Source of the DNA: Macrostomum lignano
Lineage: Eukaryota
Length of the DNA stretch: 64,000 bases
Assembly: GCA_002269645.1 (NCBI GenBank)
Contig: NIVC01000040.1
Coordinates: 930,001 to 994,000, forward strand
Reading direction: 5' to 3'
The notes beneath the pieces were generated by a model that saw only the letters and a program-made list of their open reading frames with translations, did not search any database and was not told the DNA's origin. Below are positions 49,946-62,899 of this stretch, piece after piece (the stretch's first letter is position 1; the number at the start of each line of letters is the position of its first letter). Both the position numbers and the translations under genes were made by a program.

Positions 49946-50549
49946 TGCAGTGACATATTTAATGCGGTGATGGCTTTTCATTTGACTAAATTTACTGTCG
50001 TGTTGTGCAGCCTACTTTGCTGCATGCTGTTGTTACCAGCACTACTACATGGATGAAGAAAAACAGTATAATAGGAGCAATACTTCCATGACAATTTGTG
50101 AAGGGATCTATCTAAAAGTTCAACATCCAAAAGTTTGAATATTGATTCTATTGGCAATGGAAGTAATTCAAAAGAAATATTCAATATCTAAAAAAACTTT
50201 TGACCCAGACTTTTCTGCTCAGATTAGCAATATTCTCTTCTTTATCTGTGACATGTATCTCGTAGTACCTGCATGCTAAAACATAAACTGATCATGAATT
50301 GCTATATAAGTTATATTATAATTATATCATATATTTAATTTTATTGATATAAATTTTAATAGGTGCTATCCAAATGTCCAACCTGCTGCTCAGTTTTGAA
50401 GAGACCCTTTCTCTGAAACGCTGGATATTTCTATTTTTTTCTTTAATTTTTGAGTACTAATAATATGAACTACAAAGTGCTCACTTTCTATAACTAATAC
50501 TAATATATATTGATATTAAATAGCTACAGATTTTAACGCGAACACAGCT

Positions 50550-50775
50550 CATAAAAGCAGTTTTTAGGCGATTTCACACAAAGGAAGCGGCTAATTTCGA
50601 GTACATAAATTAATTATGCTAGCTAATTAACATAATTAGGCATAACTGGTCAGGACAAACCGATTTCATTTTAGGAAAATATTCCCCTAGCAGCTGAGGT
50701 GTTCCTCTATCACACTGCAGTGGTCATTTTATTGGGCATTTTTTTACCCCGAAATCTTATTACAGCCCAACCGTG
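50550..50775 (-). repeat. Right terminal inverted repeat (226 bp)
   Basis: Reverse complement of 47319-47544. Confidence 0.97.
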
Positions 50776-50928
50776 CTCGCGTTGTGCGTTTGATGAATGG
50801 GACGTGTGATATAAGAAAAAAAGAGAAGATTCTAGAACAATAAAGTGTTTTCTTTGATTGATTTATGGACTGTTGGTTTCTGGACTAGAAGCCAAATCTG
50901 TTGAGTACCTACAGTTAGGTTAGAGTTC

Positions 50929-51160
50929 CTGAGTGACTCAGAGAAGACTTCTGGGTGACTCAGAGAGGACTTCGGAGTGACTCAGAGAGGACTCCTAAGT
51001 GACTCAGAGAAGACTTCTAAGTGACTCAGAGAAGACTCCTAAGTCACTCAGAGAAGACTCCTAAGTCACTCATAGAATACTCCTGAGTGAATCAGAGAAG
51101 ACTTCGGAGTGACTCAGAGAGGACTCCTAAGTGACTCAGAGAAGACTTCTAAGTGACTCA
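50929..51160. repeat. 22-bp minisatellite (gagtgactcagagaagacttct)
   Basis: Direct reading. Confidence 0.9.
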
Positions 51161-54100
51161 GGCTCTGTGAAAAACGGCAGTAATTAGATCAGTTCCAGAA
51201 TTACCAAGGAAAAACAATTAGCCATCATAGTACCAGAGATTGCTTAATCATTAAACTCCCAGGATCCCTTCTGAGACTCCATAAGAACAAGCATCTATAT
51301 AGAATACATATAGTTCGTTTTTAGCACAACATGCAAATCGTGCAAGAAATTTTAATTGAGAATCCATCCATAAACAGCATTGTTAGCTAGCATTGAGCAT
51401 GGCGGGTCTAACCTACCCCGAGAAAGGAATTCTGCGGCAACAGACGCTGAAACCTCACAAATCAAGCTAAAACAAAGGACAGCACAATAACATCAGAAAA
51501 GATGCTTTAAAGATGCTTTCACAACCACGATGCGGATGAGTCTGCGTCCATGATTTGGAGAATCATTTGGATAATGTTGCATTGTAATGAAGCCCAATCT
51601 GTGTTTGATGGACGTTGCGGATTTTCCCGGTCCATGCATGTCTTACAGGTGAAGTCATATATACAATTCCTTTGACACAGACAGAGAGCAGATTTGGCTA
51701 AAAAAACAAATCAAATCAATATGTTTTTGTCGTTCATGACCTGTGGTCACTTTCTCGCATACCGTGGTGAAAAATTGACTTGTCTCGTATGCTCAAACGA
51801 TGCACTTAACTAATTCAATGGTTACACTGAGTTCATTGGATTCCAGGCACGAATTGACTCCTGAAGCTTAAGCATACATGTAGTTAAGCTACGCTTGTCA
51901 ATAAAAAAGGAAGCAAGCACGTTTAATTGTTTGATTTGACAGTTTTCTTCGAGAGCTTGACAGCTTAGCAAAGAGCTAACAAAGCAGGGCAACAGTGCTG
52001 TAGGTCCCACTCGCAGGACGTGTCAGTATAGGCATTAGTAGCATTAAGTCCCTCGACAATGGACACGCACCATGTACCAACATTTACTTTGCCTGTCATT
52101 TGTGCATTTCTGCACGAAAAAAGTAACTTTTCTCTTTAAGAAAATTAAGTTGGGAATTTCTTCAGCTCACCCACACGGCGGCCACACCGCCCCCACAGGC
52201 TACACCCAGCTACCTATCTTTAATCGCTCAAATTATCGCGGTAATTTCGAATCGAATTAGTGGGCGTATAGCAACTGTCAATCATTGAATAAATCGAATC
52301 TTTATATTCTACAAATGTCAACTTTAATGGTACACTCTCTTTCCTCTGGCGCCTGTTACAATGACTCTGTTGTGGCTTTGACTAATTGTAATTGTGACTC
52401 CCCCCCCCCCCCAGATGGAAGTCCTGACTTCGAATCCTGGTCAACCAGCTACTAGGCATATAATTGCTTCAACTCAACAGCAGCAACATAGAAAGATAGA
52501 AATAGAGGCCGACGACAGAAAGCAAACTTTCACTCAGAGCGTGCTGAGCTGAGCTAAACAGAGCTCGCACCCCACGTTTCGCACACCCTTTTTCTCCACG
52601 ATTTCGTCACGAAGTCAAACCCTCGGAGTTCGGAGTTTTGAGAGTAAAAGGAAAGCTAAGCTACAATTGTATATGCCAACTAGCAGAAACAAAGGCGGAG
52701 AGCGAGGGCAGAGTCAGAATTGTGCTCGTGCATCACGTGGTGAAAAATTGACTTCTCTCGTATGCTCAAACGATATATGAAAACAAACCAAAGAAATTTT
52801 CGGGGCGGCAACGGGAGAGAGTCTAGCTTAGCCGGTTACTGTGGAGTGTAAAACCAAAACTGCATAGCAATAGGGAGGTCCGTCCGTCCGCCCGTCCCCT
52901 CAACGACCCCACCGCCTCTCCCCAGGAAAGGGAAAAGGCTCACGGCTTGTTGAGCTTTGCTCGAGAGTGCTGTGTGTGTAATGTGTGAGTTCTCCATATG
53001 ACTCTGCCGGGTTTTTAGTCGGGGCTTTCGGTTGGCCTCGTTGGGGACTTGGGGTTGCTTTAGCCTCAATAATTGCCTGAACCTCCGTTCAACATGTATA
53101 AGCCCTATATGGCTTGCCTACTTTACTGCTTTAATAGTATCGTTTCAGGCGGAACTGGAGGGCGCCAATCCCCGTCCCGCCCCCCCCCTTTTCGGACCAG
53201 CCACCCCAAGCCAGGGCCGCGCCAACCCCTTCTCGCTATAGCGCGCACAGCATGCATGGTGCCGGCTGCTATCTGGACGCATAGCCAAGTATAAAGCTGT
53301 CGTGCAATTCAGTCGAAATCAGCAGCTCCCCTCAACACCAGCCCCCACCCTCTCTAGAACACCCTGGGTCCACACTTATATAATGCGCAATAAGAGCGCT
53401 TTAGTCCCTCTCTCTCCCTCTCTCAGTCCCTCGATCTCTGGGGAGAACCTTTCTTTGGACCTTAAAACTAAAACCGTTTTAAACCCTTTGCCACGCGGCC
53501 CGGGGCAGCACACGCGACACGAATGGTGGGGGGGGGGCTGCATGGGCGCTCTGCCCACACACCAACCGACCCCCCCCCCTTACTCCAGTCCAGTTCAGGC
53601 CTTCCCTCTACCCCCACACCCCCCTATTTTCAGCTTTCGTCGTTTCTGCTTCGATCAGGCCACCCCAACTCCGCTCGGTCCCCCAGTTTAAAGACAAACG
53701 CGCCGTCTTGTCCCCCGCCCCCTTCTGCCTCCTCCCCTTAACCGCATACTAGAGGTACAGTAGCTTTTCCTCGCAAGAATGCAAGAAAAAGCCGCCTATA
53801 TATTCCAAGGCTTTTCGATCCCCTTGAATCAAAGTAAGCCAGCTAGCAAAGGGTTTTTTCAAGCCCTTTAAGCCTTGGTTAGTCTATCGTCTGGCCCCGA
53901 CTGTCCAGCCGCCCTGCTTCGCTCTGGCGTCTATAAGCTCCCAGGGTTGGATAAGCTGGTGCTTACACAACTATTGGGAATTGACTAAGAACAAGCTTTG
54001 GCTTTATAATAAAAATTCCATTAGAGAGTCAAGGGGGGCCTGTCTTGTGCAGCAGCTCATGCTGCATACATGCATCTCGCGGTGAAGTTGCTGAAGCTTC

Positions 54101-55355
54101 AGCTTGCCTTTTCTCTGACAGAATTACTATCCTAAAGAAAGTTCTGTCGGTTTTACCCCAATAAACATAACCGGTAAGTCTTCAAGTTTCTGCAGTTAAT
54201 TATTTTGTATCTGATTGACTTCATACAATTATAGTCTTCTTTTGTTTCGCACACGAGTCTCTGCCTTAACACTCTTTCATCCGATTTGAATTATTGCCTT
54301 GGCAAGGAAATAAAAATTGATTCATTTTTTTGAAATCAATTTTCTGTCAAAAGTAAAATTGGACGGAGGACTGTTAAGGGCGAGCTGTGCGGTGTTCGAC
54401 TGTCTGAAATGTAACTCGCGGCAACCCCCATCAGTTTATCTAAGTCTTTTGTTATTTGTTTTACTGGTTTTATTTATTGTTAATAAAAGAAGCACTTTTC
54501 ACAAAAGGTATTATTGAGCTTCAAATTAATTTCAATTAAAAAAATATATCTGTAATCTTATGTATTATTGATTTGTTTTTTTTGCTTATAAAGGACTGTT
54601 CAGAGGAAATTGACTAATAAAACAAAATCGGCGCCTATTTAAATATTTAAGTGACAATTGGGTCTTTTGTAGAGTGAATAAAAAATGAAGTTACTATACA
54701 AAGTAACAATTTCCCCAATAGTATTGCGCAATATCTGATTGATAAATCACACCATATAGGTCAGCATATAGTGCAGATAAATATATACTGTAGCTCTGTC
54801 ATTTCAGCTATAAACTAGCCTGGCTGTTTGTTATACTGCAGCTTTGATTAGCATATTAACAAAACTCTGCATGAAGCTTACTGCGCTGCATGAATGAAGG
54901 TCAAGAACCAAAACATTCGGAATAGGAATGATTCACATTAGTGTACAGTGTACAGAGCCCCCAACGGTTTGCTACAGTTAATGCCGCAGTTCGTGTTTAA
55001 TCGCTAAAACTATAAACATTCAGTTTAGCCAGGTTGATAAGACGTAAAACCCGTGTGTGCATGGCCGAATTCAATTGCACTGCCTGGTATACTGCTCTGC
55101 GAACTGGGAATGACGCCACCCTTAGTAAAATATTCTCTTTTCGATTTGATAAATTTGAGCCAATTTCCAAATTTCAAGTGCTATTTTTTGTGCTATAGCT
55201 ACGACTTAGAGCGTACATGTACTTAAATTATTTGAAAGTGAAGCGACTTGAAACTCGGCTTAGGTCTGATCAAGTTAAGTTAGGTTATTTACATATTACA
55301 CTCTTCACTACTGCTGTGACTTGTGCTGTTCAAAAACTCGCATTGGACGAGATTG

Positions 55356-57452
55356 AGTTTAGCGCCGATTAAACACTCTCTCAGGCGAGAGTTTATTAGC
55401 GCCGATTAAACACACTATCAGGCGAGACTTTGACGCCAATTAAACACACTCTAAGGCAAGAGTTTAGCTTTAGCGCCGATTAAACACTCTCTTAGCTAGG
55501 CGAGAGTTTAGCGCCGATTAAACACTTTCTTAGCTAGGCGAGCGTTTAGCGCCGATTAAACACACTTTCAGGCGAGAGTTTAACCTAAGCGCCGATTAAA
55601 CACACCCTCAGGCGAGAGTTTAGCGCCGATTAAACACTCTCTTAGCTAGGCGATAGTTTAGCGCCGATTAAACACTTTCTTAGCTAGGCGAGCGTTTAGC
55701 GCCGATTAAACACACTTTCAGGCGAGAGTTTAACCTAAGCGCCGATTAAACACACCCTCAGGCGAGAGTTTAGCGCCGATTAAACACTCTCTTAGCTAGG
55801 CGATAGTTTAGCGCCGATTAAACACTTTCTTAGCTAGGCGAGCGTTTAGCGCCGATTAAACACACTTTCAGGCGAGAGTTTAACCTAAGCGCCGATTAAA
55901 CACACCCTCAGGCGAGAGTTTAGCGCCGATTAAACACTTTCTTAGCTAGGCGAGAGTTTAGCGCCAATTAAACACTCTCTCAGGCGAGACTTTAGCGCCG
56001 ATTAAACACTCTCTCAGACAGAGTTTAGAGCCGATTAAACACTCTGTCAGCTAGGCGAGAGTTTAGCGCCGATTAAGCACTCTCTCAGGCGAGAGTTTAG
56101 CGCCGATTAAGCACTCTCTCAAGCAAGAGTTTAGCTTTAGCGCCGATTAAACACTTTCTCAGGCGAGAGTTTAGCGCCGATTAAACACTTTCTTAGCTAG
56201 GCGAGCGTTTAGCGCCGATTAAACACACTTTCAGGCGAGAGTTTAACTTTAGCGCCGATTAAACACACCCTCAGTCGAGAGTTTAGCACCGATTAAACAC
56301 TTTCTTAGCTAGGCGAGAGTTTAGCGCCAATTAAACACTCTCTCAGGCGAGACTTTAGCGCCGATTAAACACTCTCTCAGACAGAGTTTAGAGCCGATTA
56401 AACACTCTGTCAGCTAGGCGAGAGTTTAGCGCCGATTAAGCACTCTCTCAGGCGAGAGTTTAGCGCCGATTAAGCACTCTCTCAAGCAAGAGTTTAGCTT
56501 TAGCGCCGATTAAACACTTTCTCAGGCGAGAGTTTAGCGCCGATTAAACACTTTCTTAGCTAGGCGAGCGTTTAGCGCCGATTAAACACACTTTCAGGCG
56601 AGAGTTTAACTTTAGCGCCGATTAAACACACCCTCAGTCGAGAGTTTAGCACCGATTAAACACTTTCTTAGCTAGGCGAGAGTTTAGCGCCAATTAAACA
56701 CTCTCTCGGGCGAGAGTTTAGCGCCGATTAAACACTCTCTCGGGCGAGCGTTTAGCTTTAGCGCCGATTAAACACTTTCTCAGGCGAGAGTTTAGCGCAG
56801 ATTAAACACTCTCTCAAGCGAGAGTTTAGCGCCGATTAAACACTTTCTCAGCTAGGCGAGCGTTTAGCGCCGATTAAACACTTTCTTTATAGCTAGGCGA
56901 GCGTTTAGCGCCGATTAAACACTCTCAGACAGAGTTTAGCGCCGATTAAACACACTTTCAGGCGAGAGTTTAACTTTAGCGCCGATTAAACACTTTCTTA
57001 GCTAGGCGAGAGTTTAGCGCCAATTAATTAAACACTCTCTCAGGCGAGACTTTGGCGCCGATTAAACACTCTCAGGCGAGAGTTTAGCGCCAATTAAACA
57101 CTCTCTCAGGCCAGACTTTGCCGCCGATTAAACACTCTCTCAGACAGAGTTTAGAGCCGATTAAACACTCTCTCAGCTAGGCGAGAGTTTAGCAGCGATA
57201 ACTTAAACACTCTCTCAGGCGAGAGTTTAGCGCCAATTAAACACTCTCTCAGGCGAGAGTTTAGCGCCAATTAAACACTCTCTCAGGCGAGAGTTTAGCG
57301 CCAATTAAACACTCTCTCAGGCGAGAGTTTAGCGCCAATTAAACACTCTCTCAGGCGAGAGTTTAGCGCCAATTAAACACTCTCTCAGGCGAGAGTTTAG
57401 CGCCAATTAAACACTCTCTCAGGCGAGAGTTTAGCGCCGAATTAACACTCTC
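55356..57452. repeat. ~34-bp minisatellite (tttagcgccgattaaacactctctcaggcgagag), copy 1
   Basis: Tandem variant units with higher-order blocks. Confidence 0.95.
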
Positions 57453-58275
57453 TTACTGGGACTTAGGTGGGTAAAATTTAATTGAATATGTAATTAGAGA
57501 TTCAAATGCAAGAAATTATGACTAAGATATTCTAACTTTCCTACTGAGACTTATGGGCAGTAGGGTGTTGACAAACAATTATATATCATCAATGTGGCTA
57601 AAAACGTTATTTTTAATAGCATTTGATTTCACAAATCGCAAGGAACTATGTTTCACATCGCCTAAAAGATTTAACCATCCAGTATCAACAAACACCTCGA
57701 AACCTTTACAAGACATGATACTGATGAGATTAATGATATTGGGGTGAGATATTGGTGACATTGGGGTGATTTTGGTGACATTGGGGTGATTTTGGTGACA
57801 TTGGGTGAGATATTAGTGGCATTGGGTGAGATATTGGTGACATTGGGGTGAGATATTGGTAACATTGGGGTGAGATATTGGTGACATTGAGGTGAGATAT
57901 GGTGACATTGAGGTGAGATATGGTGACATTGGGGTGAGTTTGGTAGTCTACATGCATTACATATCTATACAAGGAGTTCCATGATGTTACTATACACATG
58001 TAGATTAGATCACTTGTGACCGTGGATTGGAGCAGACTCAAAGAAAGCAGCTCGCTATCAAGCTCGTTCATCACTCCCCACCTCCGCACAAATTGCCGGA
58101 ATCCTATTGGCTCCCTGACCCGCGACTCAAGCATAGCCAACCCCGCAGGTCCCGGTCTCCCTGCTCCCAATTTTTCCAGCGATCTTATAAATGAATTTAA
58201 GTCGATAATTTTTACTTCTGAACTTCCCTAAACTACAGTATAAGAGGAAAGTTAACTGCACAGCTAAGCTGAAGC

Positions 58276-59472
58276 ATGGATTGCAGCGATGAGGCGGACA
58301 ATGATGTCGATAAATCAACGACTAAACTACAGGGAAGATCTACCGTGAGGCTGCTTCAGCTGCCAGGCCAGTCAAAATTGCGGAGTCGATCTCCAGGTGA
58401 ATTACATATGAATCATTGTCTGTGTAACCTGTAGTAGTTTTAATTAGAATAGCAGCCTCGCAACTGTACAATTATAGTTTTATTGCCTATAGCCTCACAC
58501 CTGTACAATTATAGTTTTATTGCCTAGCCTCGCACCTGTACAATTATGGTTTTATTGCCTAGCCTCACACCTGTACAATTATAGTTTTATTGCCTAGCCT
58601 CACACCTGTACAGTTATAGTTTTATTGCCTAGCCTCACACCTGTACAATTATAGTTTTATTGCCTATAGCCTCACACCTGTACTATTATAGTTTTATTGC
58701 CTAGCCTCGCACCTGTACAATTATGGTTTTATTGCCTAGCCTCACACCTGTACAATTATAGTTTTATTGCCTAGCCTCACACCTGTACAGTTATAGTTTT
58801 ATTGCCTAGCCTCACACCTGTACAATTATAGTTTTATTGCCTATAGCCTCACACCTGTACAATTATAGTTTTATTGCCTAGCCTCACACCTGTACAATTA
58901 TAGTTTTATTGCCTAGCCTCACACCTGTACAATTATAGTTTTATTGCCTATAGCCTCACACCTGTACAATTATAGTTTTATTGCCTAGCCTCACACCTGT
59001 ACAATTATAGTTTTATTGCCTATAGCCTCACCCTCACACCTGTACAATTATAGTTTTATTGCCTAGCCTAGCTCACACCTGTAAACTGTATGATTATCGT
59101 TTTTTTATCACACATCGTCTATTACTAGCTCATATTATGGAATTTCAACCGGTTCTCCTGTACCATGCACACACAAAACAGCCGAAACCACTGGGCCTCC
59201 GGTAAAAAGGCAACAGCAGTCGTCGCTGCAGCCGCAGGAACAGGGCCAGCATCAAGAGGCTCAATGCCTCGTGTGTGGCGACCGAGCCTCCGGCAAGCAC
59301 TACGGGGTGCTGAGCTGCGATGGATGTCGCGGTTTCTTTAAACGCTCCGTCCGCCGCAGTCTGGAGTACGTTTGCAAAGAGTCCGGCGACTGCCCCGTGG
59401 ACGTTGCTAGGCGGAACCAGTGCCAGGCCTGCAGGTACCGGAAGTGCCTCATGGTCAGCATGAATAGGGACG
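58276..59472 (+). CDS. Nuclear receptor NR2E family (NR2E6/PNR-like), exons 1-2 incl. complete DNA-binding domain; no LBD in window
   Basis: Exon 58276-58396 (MDCSDEAD...) splices in phase 1 to 59182-59472: [70 protein letters not shown]-box CDGCRG fits NR2E6 as I recall it. Confidence 0.9.
58455..59085. repeat. 35/37-bp minisatellite in NR intron 1, copy 1
   Basis: cacacctgtacaattatagttttattgcctagcct units. Confidence 0.95.
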
Positions 59473-59564
59473 GTAAGTTAAATTTAAGTTCAGTTTAGGA
59501 GGTACTCATGAGGTTCGAGTCTGCATCATTGCAGGGCCGCTGGGGACACCACTAAATTGACCAC

Positions 59565-60210
59565 TCGGAGATAATAGGGAATCGTTTAGAGGATCATTAG
59601 GGGATCTTAGAGTAGAAGAGATCATTGAGATAATAGGGGATCATACAGGAGGATCACATAGAAGATCATTGGGGATCATTGGGGATCATTGGGGATCATA
59701 GAGATCATAGGGGTTTATAGGGGATCATAGAGATCATAGGCGTTTATAGGGGATCATAGGGGATTATTGTAGATCTAAGAGGATCATAGAAAAAAATAGG
59801 GGATCATAGGGATCATGAAGGATCATAGGGATGACGAAGGATAATAGGGGGTCATTAGGTATTATATAGATCATAGGAGATGATAGGGAATCAAAGAGGA
59901 TCATAGAGAGTCATAAGAGATCATTAGGAAACATATGGGATTATAGAGGATCATAGGGGATCATTGGGATGATAAGGATAGTAGGGGATCATAGGGGAAC
60001 GTTGGGGATCATAGAAGATCATAGTGGATCATAGGGGATCATAGCGGGATCATTGGGGATCATTGGGGATCATGGTGGATCATGAAGGATCATAGGATCA
60101 TAGGGATCATCGGGAATAGGGGATCATAAGGGAATCATAGGGGATCATAGGGATCATAAGGATCATAGGGGATCATAGAGTATCATAGGGATCATAGGGA
60201 TCATAGAGCC
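59565..60210. repeat. Degenerate ~10-bp repeat (ggggatcata) in NR intron 2
   Basis: Direct reading. Confidence 0.85.
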
Positions 60211-61446
60211 AAACGATTTAACGGGCCATACTGGATTAATAAGTTATTATACTAGGATCGATATCTGCCCAATTCTTAATCTCCAGAAGAATTTCGAAAT
60301 CTAGAATTGCCGAAAGAGCAAAGAGGTGGAGTGATTGCTAAACTGAAAATTCGAAGACCCATGCAGGGGCCGGGCCGATCTCACTAAACTGCCTTCTTGT
60401 TCTTTATCTCTCTCCCCCATACACCCCCCCTTAATTTTCAGAAGTAAAATTGGACGGAGGACTGTTAAGGGCGAGCTGTGCGGTGTTCGACTGTCTGAAA
60501 CGTAACTCGCGGCAACCCCCATCAGTTTATCAAAGTCTTTTGTTATTTGTTTTACTGGTTTTATTTATTGTTAATAAAAGAAGCACTTTTCACAAAAGGT
60601 ATTATTGAGCTTCAAATTAATTTCAATTAAAAAAATATATCTGTAATCTTATGTATTATTGATTTGTTTTTTTTGCTTATAAAGGACTGTTCAGAGGAAA
60701 TTGACTAATAAAACAAAATCGGCGCCTATTTAAATATTTAAGTGACAATTGGGTCTTTTGTAGAGTGAATAAAAAATGAAGTTACTATACAAAGTAACAA
60801 TTTCCCCAATAGTATTGCGCAATATCTGATTGATAAATCACACCATATAGGTCAGCATATAGTGCAGATAAATATATACTGTAGCTCTGTCATTTCAGCT
60901 ATAAACTAGCCTGGCTGTTTGTTATACTGCAGCTTTGATTAGCATATTAACAAAACTCTGCATGAAGCTTACTGCGCTGCATGAATGAAGGTCAAGAACC
61001 AAAACATTCGGAATAGGAATGATTCACATTAGTGTACAGTGTACAGAGCCCCCAACGGTTTGCTACAGTTAATGCCGCAGTTCGTGTTTAATCGCTAAAA
61101 CTATAAACATTCAGTTTAGCCAGGTTGATAAGACGTAAAACCCGTGTGTGCATGGCCGAATTCAATTGCACTGCCTGGTATACTGCTCTGCGAACTGGGA
61201 ATGACGCCACCCTTAGTAAAATATTCTCTTTTCGATTTGATAAATTTGAGCCAATTTCCGAATTTCAAGTGCTATTTTTTGTGCTATAGCTACGACTTAG
61301 AGCGTACATGTACTTAAATTATTTGAAAGTGAAGCGACTTGAAACTCGGCTTAGGTCTGATCAAGTTAAGTTAGGTTATTTACATATTACACTCTTCACT
61401 ACTGCTGTGACTTGTGCTGTTCAAAAACTCGCATTGGACGAGATTG

Positions 61447-62076
61447 AGTTTAGCGCCGATTAAACACTCTCTCAGGCGAGAGTTTATTAGCGCCGATTAA
61501 ACACACTATCAGGCGAGACTTTGACGCCAATTAAACACACTCTAAGGCAAGAGTTTAGCTTTAGCGCCGATTAAACACTCTCTTAGCTAGGCGAGAGTTT
61601 AGCGCCAATCAAACACTCTCTCAGGCGAGACTTTAGCGCCGATTAAACACTCTCTTAGCTAGGCGAGAGTTTAGCGCCAATCAAACACTCTCTCAGGCGA
61701 GACTTTAGCGCCGATTAAACACTTTCTTAGCTAGGCGAGAGTTTAGCGCCAATCAAACACTCTCTCAGGCGAGACTTTAGCGCCGATTAAACACTCTCAG
61801 ACAGAGTTTAGGGCTGATTAAACACACCCTCAGGCGAGAGTTTAGCGCCGATTAAACACACCCTCAGGCGAGAGTTTAGCGCCGATTAAACACTTTCTTA
61901 GCTAGGCAAGAGTTTAGCGCCAATTAAACACTCTCTCAGACAGAGTTTAGAGCCGATTAAACACTTTCTCAGCTAAGCGAGAGTTTAGCACCGATTGATT
62001 AAACACTCTCGCAGGCGAGTTTAGCGCCAATTAAACACTCTCTCAGGCGAGAGTTTAGCGCCGAATTAACACTCTC
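61447..62076. repeat. ~34-bp minisatellite, copy 2 (shorter)
   Basis: Same unit, about 1.5 kb shorter. Confidence 0.95.
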
Positions 62077-62899
62077 TCACTGGGACTTAGGTGGTTAAAA
62101 TTAAATTGAATATGTAATTAGAGATTCAAATGCAAGAAATTATGACTAAGATATTCTAACTTTCCTACTGAGACTTATGGGCAGTAGGGTGTTGACAAAC
62201 AATTATATATCATCAATGTGGCTAAAAACGTTATTTTTAATAGCATTTGATTTCACAAATCGCAAGGAACTATGTTTCACATCGCCTAAAAGATTTAACC
62301 ATCCAGTATCAACAAACACCTCGAAACCTTTACAAGACATGATACTGATGAGATTAATGATATTGGGGTGAGATATTGGTGACATTGGGGTGATTTTGGT
62401 GACATTGGGGTGATTTTGGTGACATTGGGTGAGATATTAGTGGCATTGGGTGAGATATTGGTGACATTGGGGTGAGATATTGGTAACATTGGGGTGAGAT
62501 ATTGGTGACATTGAGGTGAGATATGGTGACATTGAGGTGAGATATGGTGACATTGGGGTGAGTTTGGTAGTCTACATGCATTACATATCTATACAAGGAG
62601 TTCCATGATGTTACTATACACATGTAGATTAGATCACTTGTGACCGTGGATTGGAGCAGACTCAAAGAAAGCAGCTCGCTATCAAGCTCGTTCATCACTC
62701 CCCACCTCCGCACAAATTGCCGGAATCCTATTGGCTCCCTGACCCGCGACTCAAGCATAGCCAACCCCGCAGGTCCCGGTCTCCCTGCTCCCAATTTTTC
62801 CAGCGATCTTATAAATGAATTTAAGTCGATAATTTTTACTTCTGAACTTCCCTAAACTACAGTATAAGAGGAAAGTTAACTGCACAGCTAAGCTGAAGC

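Larger units (their letters stand above)
47319..50775 (+). mobile_element. Intact cut-and-paste DNA transposon, Chapaev-like / RAG1-Transib-related
   Basis: 226-bp TIRs with 5 mismatches; termini CACGG...CCGTG; CTCG duplicated at 47315-47318 and 50776-50779; one 680-aa ORF inside. Confidence 0.93.
54351..60441. repeat. Tandem segmental duplication B, copy 1
   Basis: 54351 matches 60442 (offset 6091, then 4624 after the shorter 34-bp array); ORFs 57553/62177, 57730/62354 and others are duplicated. Confidence 0.95.

Noticed and set aside
49946-50549. A convergent RAG2-like partner gene inside the transposon
   Set aside because: Only ~600 bp lie between the transposase stop and the right TIR, and the 68-aa minus ORF has no kelch-like pattern; this is not a ProtoRAG-type two-gene element.
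52836-53741. Cluster of Pro-rich ORFs in a C-run-rich segment
   Set aside because: Explained by low-complexity base composition; no domain or exon structure supported.
57700-57740. CTGATGAG as a hammerhead ribozyme core
   Set aside because: No stem II followed by GAAA in the required order.
57553-58231. ORFs of 60-146 aa upstream of the NR gene (and copies at 62177-62855)
   Set aside because: They overlap a 22-bp minisatellite and the presumed promoter/5' UTR; their conservation only reflects the recent duplication.
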